A stretch of DNA of 32,000 nt from Candidatus Methylomirabilis limnetica (GCF_003044035.1 NZ_NVQC01000013.1:60001-92000), one strand, 5' to 3'; shown: positions 8,475 to 17,900, numbered from the stretch's first letter. Notes: generated by a model not told the origin, from the letters alone. Translations and numbers: made by a program.

Positions 8475-8878
8475 AGACGTTTCAGCTTGATCCGAGCGTC
8501 CGCCGTAGTGAATTGCCAATTGATTGTCCGTGTGCGGTTGTTTCGGTCTGTTGTCCAGGCGGCTACCTCTGCCTGCATGGTGGCCATGTCGGGAATACGA
8601 CGATCAAGGCACTGTCCTTTGAGGACGCTGAGTTCAATCTCAGCCATATTCAGCCAGCTCCCATGTTTGGGCGTGTAATGGATCTCAAGTCGCGCCGCCA
8701 GCCTCCTGGCATCCTCTGGTGGAAAGGCGTCATAGAGTGAGGCAATGCGGTGAGTGTTCAAGTTATCCAAAATCAGCCGTACCTTGATGGCGTGCGGATA
8801 CCGTACATCAAGCATCTGCTGGATCTGCCTCGCCCAATCCTTCGAGGTGCGATGCGCCGCCCTCTCTGCCAACATGAG
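8459..8878 (-). pseudogene. IS630-family transposase, C-terminal DDE part
   Basis: ...DWARQIQQMLDVRYPHAIKVRLILDNLNTHRIASLYDAF...LEIHYTPKHGSWLNMAEIELSVL... Confidence 0.85.
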
Positions 8879-8936
8879 TGAGACAGTGACCCCCCTGGAG
8901 TTTAATGTAGAAGAGGGCTGGGAAAGAGTTGGGTAA

Positions 8937-9341
8937 ATGAGTGAGTTGAGCGCAGCGGTTATCGCACCGGAGGTGGAGGTGACGGAGAAGGCAGCCCGGC
9001 GGCGGTTCAGCGCGGAGTACAAGCGCAGGATTCTCAAGGAGGCGGAGGCCTGCGGGACTGGGGAGATCGGCGCCTTGCTGCGGCGGGAAGGGTTGTACAG
9101 CTCCCACCTGACAGTATGGCGGGCGGCACGCGAGCGGGGCGAGATCGCGGGGCTGGCGCCGAAGAAGCGCGGACCCAAGGTCGTCCCTCCCGACCCGCGG
9201 GACCGGAAGATTGTCGAGCTCGAGCGCGAGACGCGGAGGTTGCAAGCTCGGCTCGAGCGGGCCGAGGCCCTGGTGGATCTCCAAAAAAAAGTCTCACTGA
9301 TCCTGGGGATCGCGCTTCCCGAAAGCGACGAGAAGCCATGA
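8937..9341 (+). CDS. IS3-family transposase OrfA (HTH plus leucine zipper)
   Basis: 134 aa: RRRFSAEYKRRILKEAEACGTGEIGALLRREGLYSSHLTVW...ELERETRRLQARLERAEALVDLQKK. Confidence 0.9.
   Translation: MSELSAAVIAPEVEVTEKAARRRFSAEYKRRILKEAEACGTGEIGALLRREGLYSSHLTVWRAARERGEIAGLAPKKRGPKVVPPDPRDRKIVELERETRRLQARLERAEALVDLQKKVSLILGIALPESDEKP
9283..9290 (+). other. Probable programmed -1 ribosomal frameshift site (A8 run) producing an OrfAB fusion
   Basis: CCAAAAAAAAG lies in the orfA/orfB overlap, and the orfB frame is -1 relative to orfA. This is the standard arrangement in the IS3 family. Confidence 0.6.
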
Positions 9342-10438
9342 TGCAGACCGTCGCCACTGTGAAAGATCGGCTGGGCGTCGCCCCGACCTGCGCGGCGATG
9401 GGACTGGCTCGCGCAAGCTTCTACCGGAGGCAGCGGCCGCAGCCGGTGCGCACCGCACGGCGCAGCCCGCCGCGAGCGCTCACGCCGTCGGAGCGCCAGA
9501 CCGCCCTGGCGGTGCTGCACGAGCCGCGATTCGCCGATCTTGCCCCGGCTCAGGTCTACACCCGGCTCCTCGATGAATACCGCTATCTGTGCTCGGAGCG
9601 GACCTTGTACCGGATTCTCGAGGAGAACCAGGAAGTGCGGGAACGCCGCGATCAGCTGCGCCATCCGGTCTACCAGAAGCCCGAGCTGCTGGCGACCGCC
9701 CCGAACCAGGTCTGGTCCTGGGATATTACCAAGCTGCTCGGACCGGTGAAATGGACCTACTACTACCTCTACGTGCTCCTGGACATCTTCAGCCGTTACA
9801 TCCCCGGCTGGCTGCTGGCCACCAGGGAGAGCGCCGCCTTGGCCACACATCTCATCGAGGAGACCTGCCGCCGCCAGGGGATCGAGCCGGGGCAGCTCAC
9901 GACGCACTCGGACCGCGGCCCCTCGATGACCAGCCAGCCCGTCGCCTTGCTGCTGGCGGACCTCGGGATCACCAAGTCGCTCTCGCGGCCGCATACCTCC
10001 AATGACAACCCGTACTCCGAATCTCAGTTCAAGACCCTAAAGTACCTTCCGGGTTTCCCGGACCGCTTCGGCTCCCTCCAGGATGGGCGGGGGTGCTGCG
10101 GCAGGCTTATCGACTGGTACAACACCGAACACCATCATTCGGGAATCGGCATGATGACCCCGGAGGCCGTCCACTACGGTCGGGCCCCGGTGATCCTCGC
10201 AGCCCGGCAGAGGACGTTGGATAAGGCCTTCGCCCTCCATCCGGAGAGATTCGTGCGCAACCCGCCCACTCATCAGGAAATACCCCAACAGGCATGGATC
10301 AATCCGCCAAAGCCGAAAAGGGATCTCCCGGTTGTCACAGGATCGACGATCGTCACGCAGGCCGACCTACGCATCGCGGGTTCCATGAACTTCTTGCAGA
10401 CCGAGGTGAGCCCACTGACAAAGAGAGTCGCACACTAA
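9338..10438 (+). CDS. IS3-family transposase OrfB (rve/DDE integrase core)
   Basis: MMQTVATVKDRLG...WSWDITKL...HSDRGPSMTSQPVALLLADLGITKSLSRPHTSNDNPYSESQFKTLKY...WYNTEHHHSGIG. The ATG overlaps the orfA stop (ATGA). Confidence 0.9.
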   Translation: MMQTVATVKDRLGVAPTCAAMGLARASFYRRQRPQPVRTARRSPPRALTPSERQTALAVLHEPRFADLAPAQVYTRLLDEYRYLCSERTLYRILEENQEVRERRDQLRHPVYQKPELLATAPNQVWSWDITKLLGPVKWTYYYLYVLLDIFSRYIPGWLLATRESAALATHLIEETCRRQGIEPGQLTTHSDRGPSMTSQPVALLLADLGITKSLSRPHTSNDNPYSESQFKTLKYLPGFPDRFGSLQDGRGCCGRLIDWYNTEHHHSGIGMMTPEAVHYGRAPVILAARQRTLDKAFALHPERFVRNPPTHQEIPQQAWINPPKPKRDLPVVTGSTIVTQADLRIAGSMNFLQTEVSPLTKRVAH

Positions 10439-10459
10439 ATGCCTACGGTCAGTGTCTCA

Positions 10460-11225
10460 AAGTCGTTGACAGGCTCCGTCGTGACCGCCACATGTCTTTT
10501 GCCGGCAAGCGGCTCGACTGCCATAAATATCTCGGCCACGCCGTTCCTGACATATTCGTCGTCAATGCGTGCCGGGCGTCTAGGTGCGCAGGGGATCGGC
10601 TGGTGCACTTCGCCGATCATCTGCTTGCAGGACTCATCCATGCACACCACCGGATAGTCAGGATCGTACGGCAGGTGATACACCGCCAGCACGTCCTCCA
10701 TATTGGCTACGAACGCCGCGCTCCCTTCCGGAGGGATTTTCCAGTACTTGCTGCGATGAGGCTGCAGTGCGTTTTTTTTAACGCTCGCTGTACGGTCATG
10801 TGTGATACGGACGCAACAAAGTTCAATTCGACGACCTTGTCGGCAAGGAGCCTGACCGTCCATCGCCGATGCCCCTCCGGGGCCTCGGCGCAGGCCAGGG
10901 CGATCAATCGTGCCTCAAACGCCCCATCAAACGTGACTTCCCGCGGCGGCTTCTCCCGTGGTTTTCGTTCAAGCGCGGCATCAAGTCCATCTTCTACAAC
11001 GCGTTTCTTGAGGTGCTCGATCGATCGGCTGCTGATCCCAAGGGCTTCCGCTGTATCGGCAACCGTCCAGGCCGGGCCGCATTCTCCGGCGTCACACAAC
11101 AACAGTGCTCGCGCATGTATGACTTTCCTCGCCTGCGTCTTGCCACGTTTCGTTACGGCATCCAGCTCCCTGCGCTCTTGCTCTGTAAGGGTCACGCGGT
11201 ATCTCGGCGACATGGCGGCCTCCAT
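10460..11225 (-). pseudogene. IS630-family transposase, N-terminal HTH and middle part, in two frames joined at an A8 run
   Basis: MSPRYRVTLTEQERRELDAVTKRGKTQARKVIHARALLL...MTVQRALKK. After the A8 run (complement of 10772-10779) the -1 frame continues NALQPHRSKYWKIPPEGSAAFVANMEDVLAVYH...VVCMDESCKQ. Confidence 0.8.
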
Positions 11226-11348
11226 TGTGAGGTTTCCGCCAGTATGCCATAGGTTGGCTAAATACGAAATACTAACTGTTACATGGTACTAGAATGGAAA
11301 GCATGAAGTCTGCATTGATGTGTAATATTCCAGCGCGGAGAGACGCCG

Positions 11349-12278
11349 GTGGCTAAGACTTCGTTTCGCTGGCTCCGACTTATCGGGATTCTGCTCTTCA
11401 TCTGGATTGTATTCCAAATTAACTGGATTACGGTATGGAAGCTTCTGAAGGAAATTCGGCCGGTTTATGTCGTTGGGTATTTCGTCGTATTTTTTATTGC
11501 TGTTTTGCTGAAGGTTGTTCGCTTGCGTTGGTTTTTATATCGCCTTGGCTATCGTGTGGCGTTCAGAGATGTATATCAGAGCGTGATTGAACCGGCGTTT
11601 TATGGCATGGTTACACCTGCGAGAATTGGAGAGTTTTCCAAGGTAATGTATTTGACGCGCTTTGGATTGAGCGCCCGCTTGGCATGGGGTGTTGTTTTGA
11701 TGGAGAGGCTGGTTGATTTTTCGGTTTTGTTGATGGCCAGCGTAGCCGGAGTTTTCTATTTCATGATTTTCGGTGTTGAGACCAGGGGTTTAACGCTCGT
11801 AGTGTTCTTAGCCTTGGTGGTTGTGCTGTATGTCTGTCTGATAAATATAGGGGGATTGAGCAGATTGGGTAGTCGTGTGATGGGGTTGTTTCCTTGGAAG
11901 CATCCTGCATATAATGACCTGTCGTCTTTAGGCGAAGGATTGGCCCGGCTTGGAAGATTGGCGGCATCCCTTTTCTTTCCATTCTCACTTGCGATCCTAA
12001 TCCTGTCGTTTGTCCAACTGTGGTTCTTGGGGCTGGCTTTGGAAGTGTCCGTTTCCGGGCTATATCTTGGTTTGGCCTATGCGTCTTCGTCCCTTGTGTC
12101 TCTGCTCCCGCTGTCAGTCGGCGGGCTTGGAACGAGGGAGGCTGTATATATCGGCCTTCTGCACCGGCAGGGTGTTTCTTCCGACATGGCGATAACGATC
12201 TCATTACTCGATGGACTGGTTTTCTCCATGATGGCACAGCTGATCCTGCTCATTCCCATTGCATGGAAAAGAAATTGA
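11349..12278 (+). CDS. Flippase-like membrane protein (UPF0104 / lysyl-phosphatidylglycerol-synthase TM-region family)
   Basis: 309 aa with a GTG start and multiple TM segments. Characteristic ...FYGMVTPARIGEFSKVMYL... and C-terminal ...LPLSVGGLGTREAVYIGLL... Confidence 0.75.
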   Translation: MAKTSFRWLRLIGILLFIWIVFQINWITVWKLLKEIRPVYVVGYFVVFFIAVLLKVVRLRWFLYRLGYRVAFRDVYQSVIEPAFYGMVTPARIGEFSKVMYLTRFGLSARLAWGVVLMERLVDFSVLLMASVAGVFYFMIFGVETRGLTLVVFLALVVVLYVCLINIGGLSRLGSRVMGLFPWKHPAYNDLSSLGEGLARLGRLAASLFFPFSLAILILSFVQLWFLGLALEVSVSGLYLGLAYASSSLVSLLPLSVGGLGTREAVYIGLLHRQGVSSDMAITISLLDGLVFSMMAQLILLIPIAWKRN

Positions 12279-12279
12279 G

Positions 12280-12936
12280 ATGGGAAAGCTTGAGTTAGTG
12301 CTCCGATCAATCAGGCGGCGCGGTTTGTTGAATACCGTGCGTTATTTGTCTCACGAGGTAGGATTTGATCTTAAGTATGGAACAGACACAAAACCTGAAA
12401 TGGCTGATTACGTCTTGGCAGGCCAGTATCTTGATAACTACCGCGCGCCATGTCAAGGCGCCAACCCGTGGATTGTTAATCAATGCTTTGACGAACTATC
12501 ACGGCTCGGTGTTCAGCCTGAACAGAGTGCTTTTCTGGATTTTGGCTCAGGGAAGGGCAGAGTCATGCTCATGGCTTTGATGGCTGGTTTTAGACGCGTC
12601 ATTGGCGTGGAGCTGGATCCGGCGCTATGTAAAATCACATCACATAACCTTGATGGGAACCCTACCCTTTTCATGCGTGACCAATGCATCGTGTGCAACG
12701 AGGACGCAACCCAATACATCCCGCCGGCCGACATCAATGTTGTTTTCCTATATAACCCTTTTGGATGCGAGCTGGTTCGCGCAGTCATGCTGAATTTGCT
12801 CCTGTCATTCCGTGCATCCCGTCGGCCGATTTATGTTATCTACGTTAATCCAGTATGCGCCCAAGTGCTCATCGAATGTGGTTTGAGGCCTGTATCAGAG
12901 ATCGCCGGCGAAGCGAAGATATTCATGATTGCTTAG
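12280..12936 (+). CDS. Class I SAM-dependent methyltransferase
   Basis: The ATG lies 1 nt after the upstream stop. Motif I is FLDFGSGKGRVMLMA and motif II-like is VIGVELD. Confidence 0.75.
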   Translation: MGKLELVLRSIRRRGLLNTVRYLSHEVGFDLKYGTDTKPEMADYVLAGQYLDNYRAPCQGANPWIVNQCFDELSRLGVQPEQSAFLDFGSGKGRVMLMALMAGFRRVIGVELDPALCKITSHNLDGNPTLFMRDQCIVCNEDATQYIPPADINVVFLYNPFGCELVRAVMLNLLLSFRASRRPIYVIYVNPVCAQVLIECGLRPVSEIAGEAKIFMIA

Positions 12937-12950
12937 AAAGGCAGGTATCA

Positions 12951-13826
12951 GTGAAAACCATAAAAGAATCCGTTAGCATCATCATTCCGGCATACCAGGA
13001 AGCCGCGAATATTTCCTCTGTGGTTGCCAAGGTCAAAGCGGTCTTGCAAACGCTTCCTTGCGAGAGTGAAGTCATCGTCGTTTGCGACGGCTCTACCGAC
13101 GGCACGGGGGATGTTGCCGAAGCCGCAGGGGCGAATGTTGTCAGGCACCCGTACAACAAAGGCTATGGGGCGGCTTTGAAAACCGGCATCCGCGCGGCTG
13201 CCGGGCGGACCGTCGTTTTCATTGATGCGGACGGGCAGCATGACGCGAATGACATTTTTCGCTTGGTGGCCGAACGCCAAACCTACGACATGGTTGTGGG
13301 CGCCCGAAAGGGGACGGCGGGCTCCCCGCTGATGCGCAAGCCTGGAAAGATATTCCTCGGTTGGCTGGCCAACCGCCTGACCGGGCGGAAGATACCGGAT
13401 CTGAATTCCGGCTGCCGTGCGGTGGATCGCGAAATGGCCCTGCGTTTCCTGCCGTTGCTGCCCAATGGTTTTTCATTTTCAACCACCGCGACCATTGCGG
13501 CGTTCAAGGGCGGCTACACGGTCAAGCACATTCCGATCGAGGTGGCCAGGCGCGCAGGGAAAAGCACGGTGTCCGTGGCGGATGGTTTCAATACCATCAT
13601 GCTGATTATCCGCATCGTCACCTTGTTTGCCCCGTTGCGAGTATTCTTGCCGATAAGCCTCGCCACGTTTCTGATCGGGGCCGGATTTACCATCAACAGC
13701 TACTATACGGTGGGTGAATCGAGCCTTCGCGGATTGATCGCTTTATTGGCATCGGTTCATTTTTTTCTGTTTGGCATTTTGGTTGATCAGGTGGTTGCCA
13801 TTCGTCGGGGGGAGCACATTCAATGA
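12951..13826 (+). CDS. GT2 polyprenyl-phosphate glycosyltransferase (GtrB/ArnC/DPM1-like) with two C-terminal TM helices
   Basis: GTG start. VSIIIPAYQEAANI...VIVVCDGSTDGTGDVA...PYNKGYGAALKTGI...VVFIDADGQHD, followed by two hydrophobic helices at the C-terminus. Confidence 0.85.
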   Translation: MKTIKESVSIIIPAYQEAANISSVVAKVKAVLQTLPCESEVIVVCDGSTDGTGDVAEAAGANVVRHPYNKGYGAALKTGIRAAAGRTVVFIDADGQHDANDIFRLVAERQTYDMVVGARKGTAGSPLMRKPGKIFLGWLANRLTGRKIPDLNSGCRAVDREMALRFLPLLPNGFSFSTTATIAAFKGGYTVKHIPIEVARRAGKSTVSVADGFNTIMLIIRIVTLFAPLRVFLPISLATFLIGAGFTINSYYTVGESSLRGLIALLASVHFFLFGILVDQVVAIRRGEHIQ

Positions 13827-14467
13827 AACAGTCAGTCCGTGGACTTCCACAGAGAATTTTGGATGCGCTGTTTTTCCCAATAAGAGCTTTATTCGTGCCG
13901 GAGGAACGTTCCTTCGGTCTGACTTCATTGCGCGATGAACGATTTGAAATCGTCGCCATGCATGCCAAGGGCAAAGTTCTCGACATCGGCTGTGGAAAGG
14001 ACAACCTGTTTATCAAAAACTGGTGCGATCATCCGGAGAGTGTCGGGATTGATGTCTACGCCTACGGCGGCGTTGAACGGGTACATCAGGATATGACCCA
14101 CTTGCCGTATGCGGACAATACCTTTGACACGGTCACTTTGATCGCGGTCGGGGGGCATATTCCGGAAAACGTGCGCGTGAAAGAATTTGTGGAAATTGCG
14201 AGGGTGTTAAAGCCCGGCGGAAATCTGCTCATGACCGAAGGCGAACCCGTTACGCAGACGGTTGGACATCTATGGCGGCATTTCTCTTATGCGGTCATCG
14301 GGAAGAAGGATATGGACAGCGAGCGCGGTATGGAGGAAGACGAGCAGTACTGCATGCCGTTCAATGAAATCATGGGTTACTTGAATGCCCCTCCCCTTAA
14401 ATTTACCAAGCAGGTAAAATTTATGTGGGGGCTGAATAATCTTTATGTTGCGCAGAAGTCAAATTGA
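13823..14467 (+). CDS. Class I SAM-dependent methyltransferase (Methyltransf_11-like)
   Basis: ATGA overlap with the upstream stop. VLDIGCGKDN ... FDTVTLIAVGGHI ... VLKPGGNLLMTEG. Confidence 0.8.
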   Translation: MKQSVRGLPQRILDALFFPIRALFVPEERSFGLTSLRDERFEIVAMHAKGKVLDIGCGKDNLFIKNWCDHPESVGIDVYAYGGVERVHQDMTHLPYADNTFDTVTLIAVGGHIPENVRVKEFVEIARVLKPGGNLLMTEGEPVTQTVGHLWRHFSYAVIGKKDMDSERGMEEDEQYCMPFNEIMGYLNAPPLKFTKQVKFMWGLNNLYVAQKSN

Positions 14468-14540
14468 GTTAAAGGCGGCGTGGTGAAAAAATACCAGATT
14501 GATCGCTCCCCCAAGGGTTGAATAATAAAAGAGGTAAGCA

Positions 14541-15344
14541 ATGGGAAAACAGCAGATGCCGACTGAAAAAAGTGAACTGTCCGAGTCACAGCAGAATTCA
14601 ATTGAGTATCAAAAAAAGCGATACAATAATGAGGCCCAAGAGCATGTGAGGCATCATGGGGATCAGTATAGCCAGTTGTACCGTACAGAATTTATCCGAA
14701 GCAAACTTTTTGATTTCGATTTGCAGGGCAAGGTTGTACTCGATGCCATGTGCGCATCGGGAATCGAGACGGAATATTTAATCTCGAAAGGTGCAATAGT
14801 TACCGGCTTGGATATATCTGAGCGGAACGCTGAAATGTACCGAGAGAAATGGCATCGAGAATGTGTCGCTACCAGCATACACGATACGAAACTGGCCCAG
14901 GCCTCATTCGATGTGGTTTATATATTCGGAGGGTTGCATCATGTTATCCCTTGTCTTGGGGAAACAATCCGAGAGGTTTATCGGTTATTAAAGCCGGGAG
15001 GGCATTTTGTATTTGTCGAGCCCAATAAGGATACATGGTTCAACGCACTCCGAATGGTTTGGTACCGTTTCGATAGTCGATTTCAAAAAGACGAAGAAGC
15101 GTTAAGTTATAAAGACCAGCTGCGTCCTTTCCTTGAATCGGGGTTCAGGGAAGTCGCTTTCTTCACTGGCGGAAATATTGCGTACCTCCTGATCAGCCAA
15201 TCCTTAATCATCGGAACGCCCACTCGCTGGAAAAAATGGCTTTACCCGATTCTTTCTAATCTTGAGCGGCTTGTTACCCGCGTCCCAATACTGCCAAGGT
15301 TATTTTTGGCTGCAGTGTGGCAAAAATATCCAGATAGAAATTGA
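14541..15344 (+). CDS. Class I SAM-dependent methyltransferase
   Basis: VLDAMCASGIETEYL...VTGLDIS...FDVVYIFGGLHHV...LLKPGGHFVFVEPN. An AGAGG ribosome-binding site lies upstream. Confidence 0.8.
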   Translation: MGKQQMPTEKSELSESQQNSIEYQKKRYNNEAQEHVRHHGDQYSQLYRTEFIRSKLFDFDLQGKVVLDAMCASGIETEYLISKGAIVTGLDISERNAEMYREKWHRECVATSIHDTKLAQASFDVVYIFGGLHHVIPCLGETIREVYRLLKPGGHFVFVEPNKDTWFNALRMVWYRFDSRFQKDEEALSYKDQLRPFLESGFREVAFFTGGNIAYLLISQSLIIGTPTRWKKWLYPILSNLERLVTRVPILPRLFLAAVWQKYPDRN

Positions 15345-15354
15345 AGGGGACGGT

Positions 15355-16383
15355 TTGCAAAACTATCAGGTTGTGGACTGTCATGCAGATTCCATTGATA
15401 ACTGGAATGCGTTCGTACAAAAGAACAATGGCAATTACTGTCACCTCTACCACTGGCGCGATGTCATACGTAATTCGTATGGGCTGATGACATTCTATCT
15501 TGCGATTGTTCGTGAATCGGAATGGGTTGGTATTCTGCCGTTGGCTCTTGTTCCCGGCGTTGGTGGGCGCAGCGCCGTCTCTGTCCCTTATTGTAATTAT
15601 GGGGGGCTCTTGGTTGCCAACGACTCCGATCCGGTTCTTGTAATGAAGGCTGCGCTGTCCTTTCTTACAGACAAAGGAATTCATCGAGTAGAAGTCAGGG
15701 AGTTATGTCACCCAGGGGACGTTTTCTCTTCAGAAGAAGTTACCTTGATCCTGGAGCTTCCCGATAGCCGTGATCTGTTTTGGAAAATGATCGGCGACAA
15801 GGTGCGCAATCAAGTGCGCAAGGCTGAAAAAGCGGGGCTTGAAGTTCAGTGGGGCCGTGAGCAAGCACCTGACTTGTACGAGGTTTACGCGGATAACATG
15901 GGACGGCTGGGCACGCCGGTTCATCCGCGGGCTTTTGTGGACGAGATACTATCATCCTTCGGGGATGATGCGGATGTCCTGACGGTTCGCCTGCAAGGGC
16001 GCGCGATTGCGGCGATGTTGGTGCTTAAATTCGGCGATACCTGGATAGACCCGATTGCTTCCAGTCTGGTTGAGTTCAGACATCTGAATCCCAATATGAT
16101 TTTGTATTGGGAGGCGTTGCAACGGGCCATGGCCGCCGGAATGCGCCGTTTTGATTTTGGCCGCAGCAAGCGGGATTCAGGTACATACAAGTTCAAGCAA
16201 CAATGGGGGGCGACGGAAGTTCCGTTGAACTATCATTCATACGAGAAGGGTGTTCGGGTTTCATCGGCATCTACGGATCTCTATCGCGGCAACAAGGCAG
16301 TGATGTTCGCCAGGGTCTGGTCGGTGCTGCCGGGCCGTATTCAGCGCATTCTCGGTCCAAAAATCAGGCGGTACATTCCATGA
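15355..16383 (+). CDS. FemAB-family / GNAT-fold acyl- or aminoacyl-transferase of the type found next to deacetylases in PEP-CTERM/exosortase EPS loci
   Basis: ...NWNAFV...YHWRDVI...VRNQVRKAEKAGLEV...MRRFDFGRSKRDSGTYKFKQQWGA.... The start is uncertain (TTG 15355 or GTG 15373). The listed ATG at 15262 overlaps the upstream gene by 83 nt. Confidence 0.65.
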   Translation: MQNYQVVDCHADSIDNWNAFVQKNNGNYCHLYHWRDVIRNSYGLMTFYLAIVRESEWVGILPLALVPGVGGRSAVSVPYCNYGGLLVANDSDPVLVMKAALSFLTDKGIHRVEVRELCHPGDVFSSEEVTLILELPDSRDLFWKMIGDKVRNQVRKAEKAGLEVQWGREQAPDLYEVYADNMGRLGTPVHPRAFVDEILSSFGDDADVLTVRLQGRAIAAMLVLKFGDTWIDPIASSLVEFRHLNPNMILYWEALQRAMAAGMRRFDFGRSKRDSGTYKFKQQWGATEVPLNYHSYEKGVRVSSASTDLYRGNKAVMFARVWSVLPGRIQRILGPKIRRYIP

Positions 16384-17261
16384 ACATTCAGCACAAACAT
16401 TTTCTTACCTTCGATGTGGAGCATTGGTACGAAGGATATCGCTATCGAGGAATGAGCGGCTGGGAGGGGATCGCCCCCCGAGATCATATTATCGTCGAGC
16501 GGCTCTTTGATTCGTTGGGAAAACATAATCAGAAGGCCACATTCTTTTTCACCGGGCGCTTTGCGAAAGATTTTCCGGGATTGGTCAGGCGGTGTGCCGA
16601 ACTCGGCCACGAAGTGGCATCCCACTCCTATGAACACAGAGTGATTAGGCGGATAGCAAGTAGGGAAGAATTTAGACAAGACCTGCGTGATTCCCTTAAT
16701 ATCCTTGCCGACCTTTGCGGGAAACCCATTTTGGGCTATCGCGCCACAAAATGGTCAGTAACTCCGGATAATCAAGAGTGGGTGATGTCCATCCTTGCCG
16801 AGGAAGGGCTGAGTTACGACAGTAGTTTTTTCCCGACATTTGGGGCGGATGAGCTCCGGCGAAACGGGAGACCATTACTGATTGATTTGCCTGGTGGGCG
16901 GCAGATTCTTGAAATCCCAGCATCCGGTTTGAATTTTGGGCCACTCTGTGTTCCCGTCGCCGGCGGTCTTTATTTCCGTGCTTTTCCGGCCTGGATAACT
17001 TTGGCAATGTTGAAACAGAAAGAGCGGCAGGGTCTTTGCGGGATGTTGTGTGTGCATCCCTACGATCTTGACCTGGATAGCCCTAACATTGCTGGGGGTG
17101 GGATCCTGTTTCGGTTGTTTCGAGCTTACGGTGTGGCGCAGGCATGGGGGCGGTTAGATCGTTTGCTGAGCTTGAAGAAATTCACCAGTATTGCGGACTG
17201 GATCCAGTCCGCTCCATCGGATTTATGCCGAATTAATTATAGGGACGTGAAGAATGACTGA
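16380..17261 (+). CDS. Polysaccharide deacetylase (NodB homology domain with C-terminal extension)
   Basis: ATGA overlap with the upstream stop. LTFDVEHWYEG...KATFFFTGRFA...GHEVASHSYEH...ILGYRA... Confidence 0.85.
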   Translation: MNIQHKHFLTFDVEHWYEGYRYRGMSGWEGIAPRDHIIVERLFDSLGKHNQKATFFFTGRFAKDFPGLVRRCAELGHEVASHSYEHRVIRRIASREEFRQDLRDSLNILADLCGKPILGYRATKWSVTPDNQEWVMSILAEEGLSYDSSFFPTFGADELRRNGRPLLIDLPGGRQILEIPASGLNFGPLCVPVAGGLYFRAFPAWITLAMLKQKERQGLCGMLCVHPYDLDLDSPNIAGGGILFRLFRAYGVAQAWGRLDRLLSLKKFTSIADWIQSAPSDLCRINYRDVKND

Positions 17262-17469
17262 AACAACCATCGCGGTAGTCGGACTCGGCTATGTTGGCTT
17301 GCCCCTTGCTGTTGAATTGATCTGGGCCAGCCCCCGTGAACTGCTCAATATCATTCAAGCCGACGTCATTGGCTGCCATATCATTACCGTGACACAAGAT
17401 CTTTTGAAGAAATCGCACCTCATTGGCAAGGATCTGCATGAGTACTCACTCGACACCGTCAAGATGTTT

Positions 17470-17783
<314 letters not shown>

Positions 17784-17786
<3 letters not shown>

Positions 17787-17832
17787 GAGGAGACTGCCTC
17801 TCCGATTACGACGAAGACCATCTGAATTGCCG
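17784..17832 (+). repeat. 49-bp conserved junction element, copy 1
   Basis: TGAGAGGAGACTGCCTCTCCGATTACGACGAAGACCATCTGAATTGCCG matches 19200-19248 at 46 of 49 positions. It contains the hairpin GAGAGG-N6-CCTCTC. Confidence 0.85.
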
Positions 17833-17900
17833 GTAAATAGGGACAGGTAAATAGGGACAGACACTCGTAACTTCCCAATGAAGCCGTCCCTTCCCATGGG

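Larger units (their letters stand above)
8879..10459 (+). mobile_element. IS3-family insertion sequence, apparently intact (about 1.58 kb)
   Basis: IRL TGAGACAGTGACC (8879-) versus the reverse complement of the right end, TGAGACACTGACC (ends 10459). It has the orfA/orfB organisation with an A8 slippery run. I could not identify a clean target duplication. Confidence 0.8.
8445..11289 (-). mobile_element. IS630-family element, split by an IS3-family insertion
   Basis: Terminal inverted repeats: GTACTATGTAACGTTT (8445-) versus the reverse complement of the right end, GTACCATGTAACAGTT. A TA dinucleotide flanks both ends (8443-8444 and 11290-11291), as expected for IS630/Tc1-type TA target duplication. 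Confidence 0.8.

Noticed and set aside
8459-9994. 511-aa minus-strand ORF
   Set aside because: Composite reading. Only the C-terminal about 140 aa (8459-8878) are genuine IS630 transposase. The rest is antisense to IS3 orfA and orfB and has low-complexity Arg/Gly/Ala content.
10294-11292. 332-aa plus-strand ORF
   Set aside because: Antisense shadow of the IS630 transposase N-terminal and middle segments.
15262-15354. Upstream ATG extension of the FemAB-like ORF, and similar extensions at 12855, 16203, 1659, 18724 and 28180
   Set aside because: The extensions overlap the preceding genes by tens to hundreds of nt or run through intergenic or MITE sequence. Internal starts give the tight stop-start coupling seen throughout the locus.
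17832-17859. Tandem 14-mer GTAAATAGGGACAG x2 just after the 49-bp junction
   Set aside because: There are only two units and no spacer structure, so it is not a CRISPR array. It lies 3' of the PIN remnant, so it is not an operator for that operon. It could be a protein-binding or element-end motif, but there is nothing to support a call.
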